Positions 63,317-64,000 of a stretch of 64,000 nucleotides of DNA are shown piece by piece. A program made the translations under genes and the position numbers. The notes under the pieces were generated by a model. It did not search any database. It worked only from the letters and a program-made list of their open reading frames with translations, and was not told the origin of the DNA. Positions within the stretch are counted from its first letter, which is position 1. Each line of letters starts with the position of its first letter. This DNA is from Rhizodiscina lignyota (taxonomy: Eukaryota), in contig ML978128.1 in assembly GCA_010015805.1 (NCBI GenBank), forward strand, positions 1,116,001 through 1,180,000, written 5' to 3'.

Positions 63317-63521
63317 CCTGATTATTTGTAGGGGTAAGGAGGTATCGTCGTGACTTTTCTTCTAATTACTATCAGCGGCACATCGCAACGCATGGAATGA
63401 GCGAGGAGAGTTATGCTATTGAACGAGATCGCAATGCATTATGAATCACTCATCGTTTCGTAGATGAGATCTCTTTCCGACTTGACAGGTCATGCTCTAT
63501 TAGTCCAGTTCCAGTACCATA

Positions 63522-64000
63522 TTAAGTCTTGACATCTGGCTCCTCTCGTCCGATGAACTCTTGCAGCTTCAGAAGCTTGACGGCAGTCTTCACGTTCGCC
63601 TTCAGATAGTCTTGAGCGTCCAACTCGTATGTCTTGGGGTCTGTCTCGTGCTTCTCGATGTAGAGGCGAATTGTAGCGCCGCTGCTTCCCGTTCCAGACA
63701 GTCGTACAACATAGCGGCTGCCGTCGTCAAACTTGACGAAGATGCCCTGGTTCTTGCTGACACTTCCATCGAGATCTGTGTATGAGAAGTCGTCCGCCTC
63801 AATGACCTTCTTGCCATCGATGCTCGAGCCCACAAACTCTGACTTCTTCGGACCGATAAACTCCTTCATGTGCGCAATCATCTTGTTCGCACCCTCGCTC
63901 TCACATCCCTCGTAGTCATATCGAGTGAAGAATGTGCGGCCGTAGGTCTTCCAGAAGTCAAGTTGGATGCTCTTGATGCTCGGAGTCGTACCACTCTGTT
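63522..64000 (-). CDS. PGM2: Phosphoglucomutase, C-terminal part (5' end beyond the window)
   Basis: FWKTYGRTFFTRYDYE, DDFSYTDLDGSVSKNQG, RLSGTGSSGATIRLYIE, GREEPDVKT*. Confidence 0.93.
   Translation of the reverse strand, partial: QSGTTPSIKSIQLDFWKTYGRTFFTRYDYEGCESEGANKMIAHMKEFIGPKKSEFVGSSIDGKKVIEADDFSYTDLDGSVSKNQGIFVKFDDGSRYVVRLSGTGSSGATIRLYIEKHETDPKTYELDAQDYLKANVKTAVKLLKLQEFIGREEPDVKT

Overview
Gene-dense, intron-containing fungal genomic DNA (filamentous ascomycete, probably Dothideomycete-like), with about 21 supportable protein-coding genes. They include GABA transaminase (partial), a PTH11-like receptor, an SRPK/Sky1 kinase, RAD26/CSB, a Myb/AT-hook/WD40 DCAF-like protein, SET2, a Myb/AT-hook protein, an Sws1-like SWIM protein, an M43 metalloprotease, CDC50/LEM3, a SWIRM protein, a PAF-acetylhydrolase-like esterase, an HD hydrolase, PEX16, an esterase, PEX14, two F-box-like proteins and phosphoglucomutase (partial). 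I saw no tRNA, rRNA, transposon or CRISPR features. Highlight 1: a two-gene hydantoin-utilisation module at 59.2-63.3 kb. An intron hidden at the apparent stop codon fuses an N-carbamoyl-D-amino-acid hydrolase to a hydantoin racemase, and this gene is divergently paired with a hydantoinase across a GATA-rich promoter. Highlight 2: a highly diverged but tightly phased, non-coding 55-bp tandem array of about 18-21 units upstream of RAD26. Highlight 3: a dense cluster of CAATTG palindromes upstream of the SWIRM gene. Exon boundaries were read by eye from GT/AG and branch motifs. Family assignments come from motif recognition, not database searches.
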